A stretch of DNA of 64,000 nucleotides from a virus, in the IMG/VR virus record IMGVR_UViG_3300022752_004079, positions 7,600 to 71,599 of that record. One strand, given 5' to 3'. The notes beneath the pieces were generated by a model. It saw only the letters and a list, made by a program, of their open reading frames with translations. It was not told the DNA's origin and searched no databases. Below are positions 18,723-29,174 of the stretch, piece after piece; the first letter of the stretch is position 1, and each line of letters opens with the position of its first letter. Made by a program: the position numbers and the translations under genes.

Positions 18723-18903
18723 TTACATCCTTGTTTTGTTTTTTATATCTTGACCAATTTTTTGTTTTTTCATTGAGCCATTCTTGGCGTTCATCACAGC
18801 CACAATCTTCATCTAAAAGTTGTGCAATGCGCTTTGCTAATTTATCTAAACCAGTTGCACTAGTAATGCGTTTAATGTCATCACCCAATCCTTTACTTTG
18901 CAT
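18706..18903 (-). CDS. Small conserved phage protein (GLGD...DCGC.ER...LN)
   Basis: Recognisable phage motif; coupled ORF. Confidence 0.55.
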   Translation of the reverse strand: MQSKGLGDDIKRITSATGLDKLAKRIAQLLDEDCGCDERQEWLNEKTKNWSRYKKQNKDVNANNK

Positions 18904-19933
18904 ATTTGCTCCCATTTTGTATCTTATTTAATAATTGTATCATAAACGTCTGCCACTGCGCAGTATGTGGAATTTCAAATACGCGTTTTCCTGGATATGT
19001 ATATTCTTGTTCTGGGTGCATCAATTGCATATGTCCCGTATCATCAATCCCTAATACTTTGAATGGCACATTGCGCATTGTTATCCGGCGGCTTGGAATC
19101 ATGGTGCATCGACCTGGGTGACTCCATTGCCCCATTGGATCTTTAACACCATTTGTTTGTTGTATGATATTATCCCAATCGGTTTCGGATAGTATTTTTT
19201 GTTTGGTTACGTGTCGTGCTAATGACTCCACAACTGAATCGTCTATTATCATGTTACCCATATTCAAACGTTGCAACATTTCTTTTAATCTATCAAGCAA
19301 TCCTTTGTTTCGCAAATACTTAAATGCTAAATTTTCTACGGAATATTCTCCCGCAGTATCTAATCCCGATTGTCGTAATTTGCGTAATTTAACAAGTATG
19401 CGACCAATTTTCATTTCAGCATTTGGATCAGATTCTGATATTTTATTTATTTCATATTCATATGGTGCAGCTTTTTGTTGAATCAAATCATCATCAATTG
19501 AAACAATATCTGCTGAAGGTTTGCGTATCCATTTATTTTTCATTACAGAAAATACGCCAACCGAAGCATGCAAATTTTCATTTACGTCTTGTGCATACAA
19601 TTCGATGTTCATGCCTTTAAATGTTAACGGATATTTTGAATTCCAAACGCTTTTTTTGGCTTGTAGGTACTTTTCAACTAAATATAAATTGCTGCCAACA
19701 TTCAAATAGTTTATTACAACATGCAAATCTATGTCACTATGTTCCGTCCAATTGTAATTTGCATTGCTTCCAATCAAAATAACATCTAAAATAGGTGCAT
19801 CAATTTCTAAAAAATCATGAAACTTTGTAGCAATTTTCAAAAACCCATTGCGAAGCTTCTTAGACAAACAATGATCTGCAGTCCAAAGTTTTGTGTTGAG
19901 TTGATGCTGCGTTTCATATTCTAAAAGTTTCAT
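18893..19933 (-). CDS. Pol-beta superfamily nucleotidyltransferase with extra C-terminal domain
   Basis: GS.ANYNW...SDIDLH; IELY; ENLAFK.LR. Confidence 0.8.
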   Translation of the reverse strand: MKLLEYETQHQLNTKLWTADHCLSKKLRNGFLKIATKFHDFLEIDAPILDVILIGSNANYNWTEHSDIDLHVVINYLNVGSNLYLVEKYLQAKKSVWNSKYPLTFKGMNIELYAQDVNENLHASVGVFSVMKNKWIRKPSADIVSIDDDLIQQKAAPYEYEINKISESDPNAEMKIGRILVKLRKLRQSGLDTAGEYSVENLAFKYLRNKGLLDRLKEMLQRLNMGNMIIDDSVVESLARHVTKQKILSETDWDNIIQQTNGVKDPMGQWSHPGRCTMIPSRRITMRNVPFKVLGIDDTGHMQLMHPEQEYTYPGKRVFEIPHTAQWQTFMIQLLNKIQNGSKYAK

Positions 19934-21784
19934 TTAAAACCGCCGTTTAAAGTTTTGCTTTTGTATTGTTTCTTCTTCTTCTTGATTTTGTAAACGAGGA
20001 TCATCTGAATCAACTACTTTATAATCTTTTGGAACATATGGTTTTTCATTGCCCAATGTTTGTCGAGCAATTCCTCCTATTATAGGTATTTGTACTACTT
20101 TTTTTACAACACCGCCTGCCTTGTTTCGTATCTTGTCAATTGGTTCGCCGATTTGGGTGTTTTTGGTTGCATCCAATGTAGCTTTAAGTAATGGATAAAA
20201 CAATCCATTAACATCATCTCGTTCACTCACACCCAATTCAATTTTTGCATCTTCGCCCATATCTTGAATTTCATTCCATATAACATCTACATTTTTGTTA
20301 AAATTAAAATCTGCCGGTTGAAATTTATACATTTCTTTACTAAATAATGTAGGTAAATTTGATGTGGCGCTACTACGATACATGTTATATAATATATTAT
20401 CATTTTTCATTGCAAAATTTCCAATTGTACTGCCAATTTCATCATATAATCCAGTTAAATTTGGTTGATTTTTAATATAATCAAACATTTTAATATATGC
20501 TTCTGAATCAGTGCCTACGCTTCCGAGATTTTGATACATTCTATTAGCATCGGCCGGACTCATTCTTGTGGTTATTGTTGTCATTATGTCTTGTTTTAAT
20601 CGTTCAGCCGCTTTTGCATTAGGTGTAGTTGACAATATTGATGCTAAACGTTTAGGATCATTTTTTAATCTTCGAATAAATCTAGCATCTAAAGCTTTAG
20701 ATAATGCTTCTATTTTTTTCTTTGGAAATATATTGAATTTTTCTATTCTTTTACGTAATCCGCGAAACATTCCTTTTTCAATGTTTGATGTAGTTTTAAA
20801 TGCCATTTTACCTGCATCAACTGCAACTCCGGTACTTTTTGCAGCAGATAATACATCATCAATTGATCTACCATTTGCTTTGCAAAAATTTTCAAATTGT
20901 TCTAAAGTTTCACCAGCTTGTTTAGAATTTAAACCAGGTATTCCGCTTCTAGATAAAAATCCTCGAAATCCAGCAACGTCATCTCCAAATTTTCCTAAGC
21001 CTTCGGAAATTAATTTTAATTGTTCCGGTGAAATTTTTTCACTGTTTTTAAGTAATAACCAAATTTCGTCAGCTGATTTAGTACCAGCCCATACATCACC
21101 AATTGCCCGAGCAACCCACTTAAATGGTTTGAATGCTGTTTTCAAAGCCAAAGCAGCTGCGCTACCTATTATAGGAATAATAGCAATGCATGATAAGAAT
21201 CCATCCAAATATTTTCCTCGAGCAAAATATATTATAGCATTTAAAATATCAATAAAATCTCCAATTACTGGAATCCATCCGGCAAAATCCAATATCGTTT
21301 GTATAGTATCTATTACATCATTCCCCGAATCTGCCTCAACTGTTTCTATATTAAATGTTGCAACCGATTTGTTTATTCCATTTTCTAAAAATTTATTGTT
21401 AGAACTTGTTATTGTTCCAGCTACTTTATCGGAATTTGCAGAATCTAATAATTCTATTTCATCGGAACTATTAATTTTTACGTTTAACTTTTTTGATTCA
21501 TTTCCAGAATATACGGTTCCACTATGATAAAACATAAGTCTATCTCGAACACCATCTGGAGTTTGTATAATTAGTTCATAATGAGCTGGAGATTTGTCTG
21601 GATCCATCATTGATCCAGGAAATGGTAAAGCTCCTAGTTCAATAAGTTTGTCTTCAACTTTTGCTAATTCTCCGGACCAACTTTGTTTTGGTTGCCATTT
21701 TGTATCTAATACATTACTTTTAGTTAATAAATCTTCACGTAATAGTTTTTCAATTAAAATTCTTTTTTTAGAAACATTTTTCAT
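19934..21784 (-). CDS. Large putative ejection protein with pre-toxin (PT-TG-like) hydrophobic hairpin
   Basis: LDFAGWIPVIGDFIDILNAIIYFARGKY.DG.LS.IAIIPIIG; class B motif at 21804-21812. Confidence 0.55.
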   Translation of the reverse strand: MKNVSKKRILIEKLLREDLLTKSNVLDTKWQPKQSWSGELAKVEDKLIELGALPFPGSMMDPDKSPAHYELIIQTPDGVRDRLMFYHSGTVYSGNESKKLNVKINSSDEIELLDSANSDKVAGTITSSNNKFLENGINKSVATFNIETVEADSGNDVIDTIQTILDFAGWIPVIGDFIDILNAIIYFARGKYLDGFLSCIAIIPIIGSAAALALKTAFKPFKWVARAIGDVWAGTKSADEIWLLLKNSEKISPEQLKLISEGLGKFGDDVAGFRGFLSRSGIPGLNSKQAGETLEQFENFCKANGRSIDDVLSAAKSTGVAVDAGKMAFKTTSNIEKGMFRGLRKRIEKFNIFPKKKIEALSKALDARFIRRLKNDPKRLASILSTTPNAKAAERLKQDIMTTITTRMSPADANRMYQNLGSVGTDSEAYIKMFDYIKNQPNLTGLYDEIGSTIGNFAMKNDNILYNMYRSSATSNLPTLFSKEMYKFQPADFNFNKNVDVIWNEIQDMGEDAKIELGVSERDDVNGLFYPLLKATLDATKNTQIGEPIDKIRNKAGGVVKKVVQIPIIGGIARQTLGNEKPYVPKDYKVVDSDDPRLQNQEEEETIQKQNFKRRF

Positions 21785-21814
21785 GTATTTCCTTCTAGTT
21801 TAATATAAATATAT

Positions 21815-22162
21815 TTATTTCCAAAATAATTGAATTACTAATAATAAAAATGCTAATATCAAAGATATAGCAGTTTTCGCCGTAATTATTTCTCCTTTGA
21901 ATACGTATGTCATAATAGTAAATACAATTATTCCCGAAACAAATGAAGTGAATCTACCAGGCCAAAATTGACCGCCATACCCGGAAACTGCATAACGAGT
22001 TGCTTCCATGAATGCCCATGTTATCGGAACACCTAATAACATCAACGCAAATTTGTATGTTTTAGCCCAATTCCATAATAAAGGACCATTTGTTTGTATC
22101 CAAACAATAGATTGCCCAATAAAAAATATTAAAAATGATATTACAATATGTTTATAATTCAT
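21815..22162 (-). CDS. Four-TM membrane protein (DMT/EamA-like half)
   Basis: Four hydrophobic helices. Confidence 0.55.
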   Translation of the reverse strand: MNYKHIVISFLIFFIGQSIVWIQTNGPLLWNWAKTYKFALMLLGVPITWAFMEATRYAVSGYGGQFWPGRFTSFVSGIIVFTIMTYVFKGEIITAKTAISLILAFLLLVIQLFWK

Positions 22163-22839
22163 TACAATGATTTTAACATTGCAATCATGCGAGGACAAGG
22201 ATGTATATCTGATTTATCTTTACGATATGAATTATGTGTATATACTCCGTTTTCTCCTTTCAATGCACGAGTTGATACTGTCCACATATCATCTTCGTGA
22301 TATGTTAAATTGATACCATATATATCTTGCCAATACAATAAAAGATTTTTTACTGATTCAATTTGTGCATCTGTGTAACGATGATAATATGTATGTCCTT
22401 TATACGGAGTTTCTAATTTTGTTACTTGATCTGCTGCAACTTCTCGGTCTACATAGTTATAAAATTTATCACCACGTTTTTCCAATGGCCCCCAACTACA
22501 AATTTCAATACCAATTGCATGTTTATCAATTGCAATTTGTGGCAATCCTTTTGATTTAAATACTTCTGTTTTGATTCCTAAATGATATGCCCAATGTTTA
22601 GATGAAAATGCTTGACAAATTTCTCCATCATATGTATCTTTTGATTGACCTTTTCCAGAAATAACAACGCAAGTTGCAATTCGTCCTCTATCATCATTAG
22701 CCCACATTTTGATTGTTCCTGGAGCAGATGAACTACCTGCAGTATGGTGCAATACAATTTGTCGTTTTTCCGTTACTTCTTTAATATATTGCGTTTCTGG
22801 TAACGTGACTTGTTTAATTTTTGATACGTCTAAACTCAT
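22162..22839 (-). CDS. N-acetylmuramoyl-L-alanine amidase (endolysin candidate)
   Basis: IVLHHTAG, WAYH, IGIEI, YTDAQIES, THNS.R.DK.D. Confidence 0.88.
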   Translation of the reverse strand: MSLDVSKIKQVTLPETQYIKEVTEKRQIVLHHTAGSSSAPGTIKMWANDDRGRIATCVVISGKGQSKDTYDGEICQAFSSKHWAYHLGIKTEVFKSKGLPQIAIDKHAIGIEICSWGPLEKRGDKFYNYVDREVAADQVTKLETPYKGHTYYHRYTDAQIESVKNLLLYWQDIYGINLTYHEDDMWTVSTRALKGENGVYTHNSYRKDKSDIHPCPRMIAMLKSL

Positions 22840-22856
22840 AACTTAATCCTTTTTTA

Positions 22857-23306
22857 TTAATTTTTTCTTGTACCTTTATGTAGGTCAATTTTATCTAAAA
22901 TTTCTACTAATAATTTACCTTCAATAAATCCGGCCATCGATGCATTTTTCAATGCACTAACAATTTGAAAAAATATGAATGGAAAAATAATGGTTTCACT
23001 CAGCCACGATGTTCCTGGAAATCCTCGTTCTATAACTAATAGTGCCGTTAAAAATACAATCCAAACAATGGCAGTAATTAAAACTTTAATTGCTTTAAAT
23101 GTTTTAAATCCTTCGCGACGTGTTCCAGCTATGATGCCAAATATACCATCCAATGCTACGGTTGCTACTATTGCTAAATATTGTTCTGCATTAGCCATTG
23201 TTAAATTAAATAAATACGTGCAAAGAAATGATACCGTTGTTGCTACAGACATCAATATTCCTGTTTTCATTCTACTCATACCTTTTTCATACAGTTGGTT
23301 CATCAT
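22857..23306 (-). CDS. Phage holin-like membrane protein
   Basis: LDGIFGI.AG...EGF motif; multiple TMs; S.LKNA...G; adjacent to amidase. Confidence 0.7.
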   Translation of the reverse strand: MMNQLYEKGMSRMKTGILMSVATTVSFLCTYLFNLTMANAEQYLAIVATVALDGIFGIIAGTRREGFKTFKAIKVLITAIVWIVFLTALLVIERGFPGTSWLSETIIFPFIFFQIVSALKNASMAGFIEGKLLVEILDKIDLHKGTRKN

Positions 23307-23583
23307 CTTGTTTTTTTACATGATTTGAAAACTTGTCTACTACGGTTCCAAACATGGCAGCAATAACAATATATTCAATTGCATCAACTAAATATTCTGC
23401 AGGTGCAATAGATTTTGAATAAAGTGCGTTAACAAACATTATGATAAGCAAAGACACAAAACCAACAAATCCAATTACGCGTTTAGATGAAATATCACCT
23501 GAACGAGCATCTGATAACATGCGTTGAAAAAATGTTTTGTTTTTCTTCAATGTATTCCTTATGTTTGATAACAATTGTTTCAT
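23287..23583 (-). CDS. Membrane protein (SSKRV motif), lysis cassette
   Basis: SSKRVIGF plus two TMs; class B motif at 23586-23593. Confidence 0.6.
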   Translation of the reverse strand: MKQLLSNIRNTLKKNKTFFQRMLSDARSGDISSKRVIGFVGFVSLLIIMFVNALYSKSIAPAEYLVDAIEYIVIAAMFGTVVDKFSNHVKKQDDEPTV

Positions 23584-24788
23584 AGATAAATATGTTCTTG
23601 TTTTACTTTAATCAAATCATTTTCATACGTTTCCATAGAAACAATTGTAATTTTTAAGTTACCCAACATAAATGTACCAGGTTCGCCAGAATCTTGTATG
23701 ATTTCTGATAAATTTTGTATGACGTCGAAATCTTGTTGAGTAAATTGATTACCATTGATTTCTACAATGATATTGTCATAATCATATCGATCCGTATCAG
23801 TTAATTCATGACAACGTTTATGCAAATCAAATTTTGTATTAGGCTGTTCTAATGTAATGTATTTCATCCATTCGGCATCTGAATATATTCTATCACACCA
23901 TGGTTCTAATGTATGTAAAAGTTGTTGCGTACATTTTTCAACACGAAATGCAATATTATATTTGCTTGGAATAATAGGTTTCATTAATGAATCATGTTTA
24001 CAAAAATGTCCCCATTTACGAATAAAGTTACGAGTTGATCTTATATTTTGAGCTTCCCATTCGTTAGAATTTTTTCCTGGCGTAGTTAATTCTGGATTAA
24101 ATCTACTACCTCTACAAGTCATATGATATACACAACCTTCCCATGTTTGAATAAACTCAACACCATTTAATTGGAATCGATTAAAGATATCCGAATCTTC
24201 TTTTGATTGTGGAGCATACAATGGATCGTGTCCGCCAATCTCTTGGAAATCTGATTTCATAAATGCCCACGGTGCAAATACACCATTGGTATATTTTTTA
24301 TTATGATGTTTTGGAACTTCTCTATAAAACCATTCTAAAAATTCATTTTCATTAAACTGTTCCGGTTCTATACCAAAATCCATTAATATCTTTTCTGGCC
24401 CAGGTGGGTGCAATGGCGGTTCTATTCTTGTAAGTGACACAATCTTTTTAGGACCTATATTACGTTCAATTTCATCTAACGCAATAGGACATAAATACAT
24501 ATCAGCATGATATATCATACAAACATCGTGGGATGCTACTTCATTAACTAATCGATCATATAATATCGTATGACCTAACCGAGTAGGACCTTCATTACGA
24601 ATTGCTTTGAAATGTAGATCTTTTGACATCATTTCAACGCACCAATCCCATGTGCCATCTTTATCACTGAAGTCATCTGCTACACATATTTCGACTTCAT
24701 GTGCTCCTTGATTCTTACGAATGGCATCGTATGACCATTTAAGATACTTTAAATTGTTTCTGCTTGGTTGAATTATTGAAATTTTCAT
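23580..24788 (-). CDS. GT2-family glycosyltransferase
   Basis: ISII.PSRN, ADD.S.KDGT, HADM, IGGHD, EDSD. Confidence 0.85.
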   Translation of the reverse strand: MKISIIQPSRNNLKYLKWSYDAIRKNQGAHEVEICVADDFSDKDGTWDWCVEMMSKDLHFKAIRNEGPTRLGHTILYDRLVNEVASHDVCMIYHADMYLCPIALDEIERNIGPKKIVSLTRIEPPLHPPGPEKILMDFGIEPEQFNENEFLEWFYREVPKHHNKKYTNGVFAPWAFMKSDFQEIGGHDPLYAPQSKEDSDIFNRFQLNGVEFIQTWEGCVYHMTCRGSRFNPELTTPGKNSNEWEAQNIRSTRNFIRKWGHFCKHDSLMKPIIPSKYNIAFRVEKCTQQLLHTLEPWCDRIYSDAEWMKYITLEQPNTKFDLHKRCHELTDTDRYDYDNIIVEINGNQFTQQDFDVIQNLSEIIQDSGEPGTFMLGNLKITIVSMETYENDLIKVKQEHIYL

Positions 24789-25632
24789 TATAACCTTTTA
24801 TATAATCTTCTATTTTTAATGTTGGTTCCCATCCTAATACTTGATGTGCTGTCATATCGGTACACAATGTATCTTGAGCTTCGCCGGGCTTATCTGGTCG
24901 ATATTCAATATTGTCGATACCATACATTTTAGCAATATCCAATACTGAATAATTTTTGCTTCGACCTAATTCAAATTCATAGCCCCAGGCATTTTGCATA
25001 CAAATACGTATTAATGCATCTACAATATCATCAACATGAGTAAAATCTCTTCGTTTAGATCCATCACCATAAATTACAACTTGTTCTCCTGATTCTAAAC
25101 ATCGTTCCCATGCACCTAACAATGTACAATACCCGCCTTGTTTTAAATGATATGGCCCATATACATTATAAAATCTAGCAATAGAGGCTCGCAATCCATA
25201 TTGTTGTTGAAACAATTTAATTATTTCTTCACCAATATCTTTGCTAAAAGTATATGGATTCTTAAATTTACCAGAATGATGTGAACTAGATCCTGCATAT
25301 ATCATTGGGATATTACTATCCACACAAATTTTTGCAAGCTTCATGGTAGCTGATGCATTTGTATCAAAATAATCTTCTGGCTGATCAAATGATGGTTGTA
25401 TACGAGCCATTGCTGCTAAATGAAATACAACATCAAATGTATTTAAATAATATTTAGATTTACGTCCTAATGTTCGTATATCAACATTAATATATGTTGC
25501 ACCCTCGATATGATTAGCATATAATCCAGTAGAATAATTATCATAAGATATTACTTTATGTCCTTCAGCAACCAATCGTTTAATTAGATTAGTACCGACA
25601 AATCCAGCACCGCCTGTAACTAATATTTTCAT
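24739..25632 (-). CDS. NAD-dependent epimerase/dehydratase
   Basis: VTGGAGFVG, YTFSK, RFYNVYGP, GDG.KRRDFTHVDD. Confidence 0.92.
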   Translation of the reverse strand: MKILVTGGAGFVGTNLIKRLVAEGHKVISYDNYSTGLYANHIEGATYINVDIRTLGRKSKYYLNTFDVVFHLAAMARIQPSFDQPEDYFDTNASATMKLAKICVDSNIPMIYAGSSSHHSGKFKNPYTFSKDIGEEIIKLFQQQYGLRASIARFYNVYGPYHLKQGGYCTLLGAWERCLESGEQVVIYGDGSKRRDFTHVDDIVDALIRICMQNAWGYEFELGRSKNYSVLDIAKMYGIDNIEYRPDKPGEAQDTLCTDMTAHQVLGWEPTLKIEDYIKGYNENFNNSTKQKQFKVS

Positions 25633-26534
25633 ATATGAAACTTTTTTATAAATACCGATTCCGAATAATATTGGTTGTATAATTCCCTACTGCGCTTGCT
25701 ACATTCATTATAAAATTCTTCATCATTCCTAAGTTTCTTTGCAATATTTCTTGCCGCTTGTAAATCTCCTAAATCTACAGTTAAATTGGGATGTAATGTT
25801 TCTTGAGTATCTAATCCTTTGTAACCAATACATGGAATTCCTAAATATGCACAATTCAATGCAAAGGTACCTGCAGCATGCGTACGCATTAAATGAATTG
25901 CATACTTAAACTTGTTAAGTGCATGTATCCATTGTGTCCAATTCATATATGGCAAATGCGTTAATAATTGTTCTTCATCAGATTGTTTTCGTCCCATCGA
26001 TGGTGCAAATACTTTTCCATTATCAAATTCTTGTGCAATGATAAATGAATCAAATCCACCATACCATGATACGAAATTTCCTCCAATAATAACACCATCT
26101 CGTTCAGCTGATTCTAAAGATCCAATTGCATCTTCAATCATTAATGATGGCATCACTCTAACATCCGGATGTGCCGTTAATCCTTGATAATATTTTCTAT
26201 CCGTTTCATTGTGAGTAAAAATAATATCAGCTGATGTTAATGTATTAAAATACCAAATTTGTTTTGCTAAATCATAATCCTGAAAATACCAACTCGGACC
26301 TTCTTGCATCACTGCAACCTTTTTGCAACTAAATTTTAAATCTTCAATATTAAAATCTGGATTCTTCTTTGGTATAATTACAATTCCCAAATCATATGAT
26401 TTTATAGGACGATCTTTTATGTTATAATGATCTGCATCGAGTGCGCACATCCAAGCAAATTCAGTTCTCATATTTTCATGGGTTCTAGATATCTTACCTT
26501 GAAATCCCATTTCTGTAAAAAATGCTATTTTCAT
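25629..26534 (-). CDS. Putative GT-B glycosyltransferase
   Basis: AGTFALNCAYLGIPCIG C-terminal GT-B-like motif; cluster context. Confidence 0.6.
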   Translation of the reverse strand: MKIAFFTEMGFQGKISRTHENMRTEFAWMCALDADHYNIKDRPIKSYDLGIVIIPKKNPDFNIEDLKFSCKKVAVMQEGPSWYFQDYDLAKQIWYFNTLTSADIIFTHNETDRKYYQGLTAHPDVRVMPSLMIEDAIGSLESAERDGVIIGGNFVSWYGGFDSFIIAQEFDNGKVFAPSMGRKQSDEEQLLTHLPYMNWTQWIHALNKFKYAIHLMRTHAAGTFALNCAYLGIPCIGYKGLDTQETLHPNLTVDLGDLQAARNIAKKLRNDEEFYNECSKRSRELYNQYYSESVFIKKFHI

Positions 26535-27160
26535 AATCTATATAACTGCCGTGCTTTAAATTTTTCTACGTGTTTAATACCTTTTTTATAACTTTGATAA
26601 TTAGAATGAAATGATTCTAATAATTCTTTTTGAAAATACCATCGATGTGCTTGTGATTCAAATTTTAAAAGTTGTTCATGCTTTGCATCAAAAAACTCCG
26701 TAATGTCTACAAACATATTTGGTGACCACGTATCTAATGTACTAGGAGTTCTATATTCAATAATACTCAAATCTTTAATACGAGTCAATGGATATGATAA
26801 TTCATTAACAAATTTATGTTCAAAGTGAGAATCGTCTGCTGTAGGAACAAATATACAATCATGGTCTCGCAAATAGTGTGTTTCAATAAAATTAACCCAC
26901 CCATCTTGTCCCATCTCTTTTAAAAATTTTATATTAGAAAATAATAAGTTAATGTTATTTCTGATATCTGGTTGCCACACGTGTTTAACTTCATCTAATC
27001 TAGAAATCCCAGTTGTTGTATCATAATCTCCTCCTTGAGTCAAACATAAAATATCAAAATGGGTATCTCTGTATTTTTTTATAGTACCCATCATACCATA
27101 TTCAACATCATCCGGATGCGGAGATAAACAAAGTACGTTATTAAAATTTAAAAATTTCAT
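26531..27160 (-). CDS. PIG-L/LmbE family deacetylase
   Basis: SPHPDD, D.HFEH, FVDI...K......ESQ. Confidence 0.85.
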   Translation of the reverse strand: MKFLNFNNVLCLSPHPDDVEYGMMGTIKKYRDTHFDILCLTQGGDYDTTTGISRLDEVKHVWQPDIRNNINLLFSNIKFLKEMGQDGWVNFIETHYLRDHDCIFVPTADDSHFEHKFVNELSYPLTRIKDLSIIEYRTPSTLDTWSPNMFVDITEFFDAKHEQLLKFESQAHRWYFQKELLESFHSNYQSYKKGIKHVEKFKARQLYRL

Positions 27161-28227
27161 TAGACCTTTTCAAAATATGTATCATCTATTTGTTGTTCCG
27201 ATAAAATATCATTCATCCAAAATACGCATACTAAATCTTCCGTACCAATATTGGTTAAATTATGTGTATAATATGGTGGCATATCAATAACATGATTATC
27301 TGAATCTTTTATAATATATGAAACTATTTCATCAGATCCAATTTTTCGCATTTCAATTTTTGCACAACCTTTAATAATACAAAATCTTTCAATTCGTTTT
27401 GTATGGAAATGATTTCCTCGAGTTACATTAGGTTTAGTTGTTGAATAAAATACTTGTCCTTGTTCTTTGGAAATTACCAATTCTTTTAAATCTCCTCTAT
27501 CATCTGATATATGTTTAATATCAAATAATCGATTTGAAATATATGAACGAAATGTTGTAAACAAATTTAATTCAAATTCATTATCGATATGGGGTATCTT
27601 TCCAATTTCAATATATTCTACAAATTTGGATACGGTATCAACAACGCTACCAATTGTTATTGTTATGTCATAATCGATATCAATTCTCGTACCTAATATA
27701 ATTTCATGGATTTGTTTACATAAATTTTCTACATACAACAATGTAATTTTATTATCCGTAACAGTAACTTCTTTTTTTGAAATAAACGAATCACATAATG
27801 TTGCAATGAATGAATTATAATTTGGTTTACAAAATGGACCAAATATATTTGGTAATTTAATTGAAATAAAATTATTATTTTTTGCCCATTTTAAAAAAGT
27901 TATTTTATTAGTTCGCCGCCATTGACCATATACATTATCGGCAGTTTCATGTATAGATGACGTATAAATAACTAATGGTTGTTTATTTATTTTATCTAAT
28001 GCAATAGTTAAATTTAATGCACTTTGTATGTTATTTGCATATATTTCCGATTCATTTCCTCGATTTTTTTCGGCCATATGTATAATTACATTGCATTTAT
28101 TTAAATTTTCTAAATCATTTAGCAAATCTCGTTTTAATTGTATAACTTTAATATCGTTACATTTATAAAAAAAGTATACTTGCAAATGATACGAAATAAA
28201 TCCATTTCCATTTAGTCCGACTATCAT
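27160..28227 (-). CDS. CapF/WbjC(FnlB)-like sugar reductase/epimerase with C-terminal cupin
   Basis: G.NGFI, LPNIFGPFCKPNYNSFIAT, RGNHFHT.R.ERF, PPYYTHN. Confidence 0.85.
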   Translation of the reverse strand: MIVGLNGNGFISYHLQVYFFYKCNDIKVIQLKRDLLNDLENLNKCNVIIHMAEKNRGNESEIYANNIQSALNLTIALDKINKQPLVIYTSSIHETADNVYGQWRRTNKITFLKWAKNNNFISIKLPNIFGPFCKPNYNSFIATLCDSFISKKEVTVTDNKITLLYVENLCKQIHEIILGTRIDIDYDITITIGSVVDTVSKFVEYIEIGKIPHIDNEFELNLFTTFRSYISNRLFDIKHISDDRGDLKELVISKEQGQVFYSTTKPNVTRGNHFHTKRIERFCIIKGCAKIEMRKIGSDEIVSYIIKDSDNHVIDMPPYYTHNLTNIGTEDLVCVFWMNDILSEQQIDDTYFEKV

Positions 28228-29174
28228 ATTGTAATATTATTGTTTTTAAAGAAATTAACTACATTATTAGTTACATAATATTGTGAATTGTATGAGAGCT
28301 TTCCGTAATCTTCATTTCTTTTTTCAAATCCAATTAAGTAATAATCGCCAACATCCTCAGTTCGTTGCCATTCAATTTCACTAATCATTTCTTCATGTAA
28401 TTTTTCGCCATCTCGAATCGGAATCTTATGAAACTTGATATCTGTTTTGCCGCATGCGGCTGCAATCGATTTAACCAAATCCATTATGTTTAAAGATTCA
28501 ATTTTTGGAATTGCAATTTTGCCATGAGATGTTGGATGATTATATGCCCATTCAACTAAATTAATAGCTTGATCTAATGTTAAAAGAAAACGAGTCATTT
28601 TACTGTCTGTAATAGGTAATGATTCAACGCCGTCTTCAATCATCTTCTTAAATACGGGAATAATTGATCCGGTTGAATTTAAAACATTTCCATATCTAGC
28701 TAATACTACTTTGATATCTGTTTGTTGCTTTGCAAATTCTACATATAGTTGTTCTGCAATTGCTTTTGACATCCCGTATACATTAACTGGTTTACATGCT
28801 TTATCTGTTGAAATAAAAATTACCGTTTCAATTTTATGTGTACTTTCTTGAATAACATCTAATAAATTTTGATGCCCATTGATATTTACTTCTACCGATT
28901 CATATGGATTTGCTTGGCATACCCAAACTGTTTTAACGGCGGCCGTATTGATAACAATTTGCGGTTTAAATTCTTGAAATGAACGTGCAATTGAATTTTT
29001 ATCTTTAACGTCACCTAACTTATAAATAACATTAGGAAATTCTAAACGCATTGCTTCTTGTTTATGTTCATTTCTAGATAACACCATAATATTATTATTG
29101 CGATAATATCGTCGTACTAAATTGCTTCCTAATGCTCCTGTGCCGCCGATAATTAAAATTCTTTTGTTTTTCAT
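28224..29174 (-). CDS. UDP-GlcNAc 4,6-dehydratase (CapE/FnlA/PseB-like)
   Basis: GGTGALG, SRNE.KQ, ISTDKA.KP.NVYGMSK, RYGNVL.S.GS, MTRF, GEKLHE. Confidence 0.9.
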   Translation of the reverse strand: MKNKRILIIGGTGALGSNLVRRYYRNNNIMVLSRNEHKQEAMRLEFPNVIYKLGDVKDKNSIARSFQEFKPQIVINTAAVKTVWVCQANPYESVEVNINGHQNLLDVIQESTHKIETVIFISTDKACKPVNVYGMSKAIAEQLYVEFAKQQTDIKVVLARYGNVLNSTGSIIPVFKKMIEDGVESLPITDSKMTRFLLTLDQAINLVEWAYNHPTSHGKIAIPKIESLNIMDLVKSIAAACGKTDIKFHKIPIRDGEKLHEEMISEIEWQRTEDVGDYYLIGFEKRNEDYGKLSYNSQYYVTNNVVNFFKNNNITI

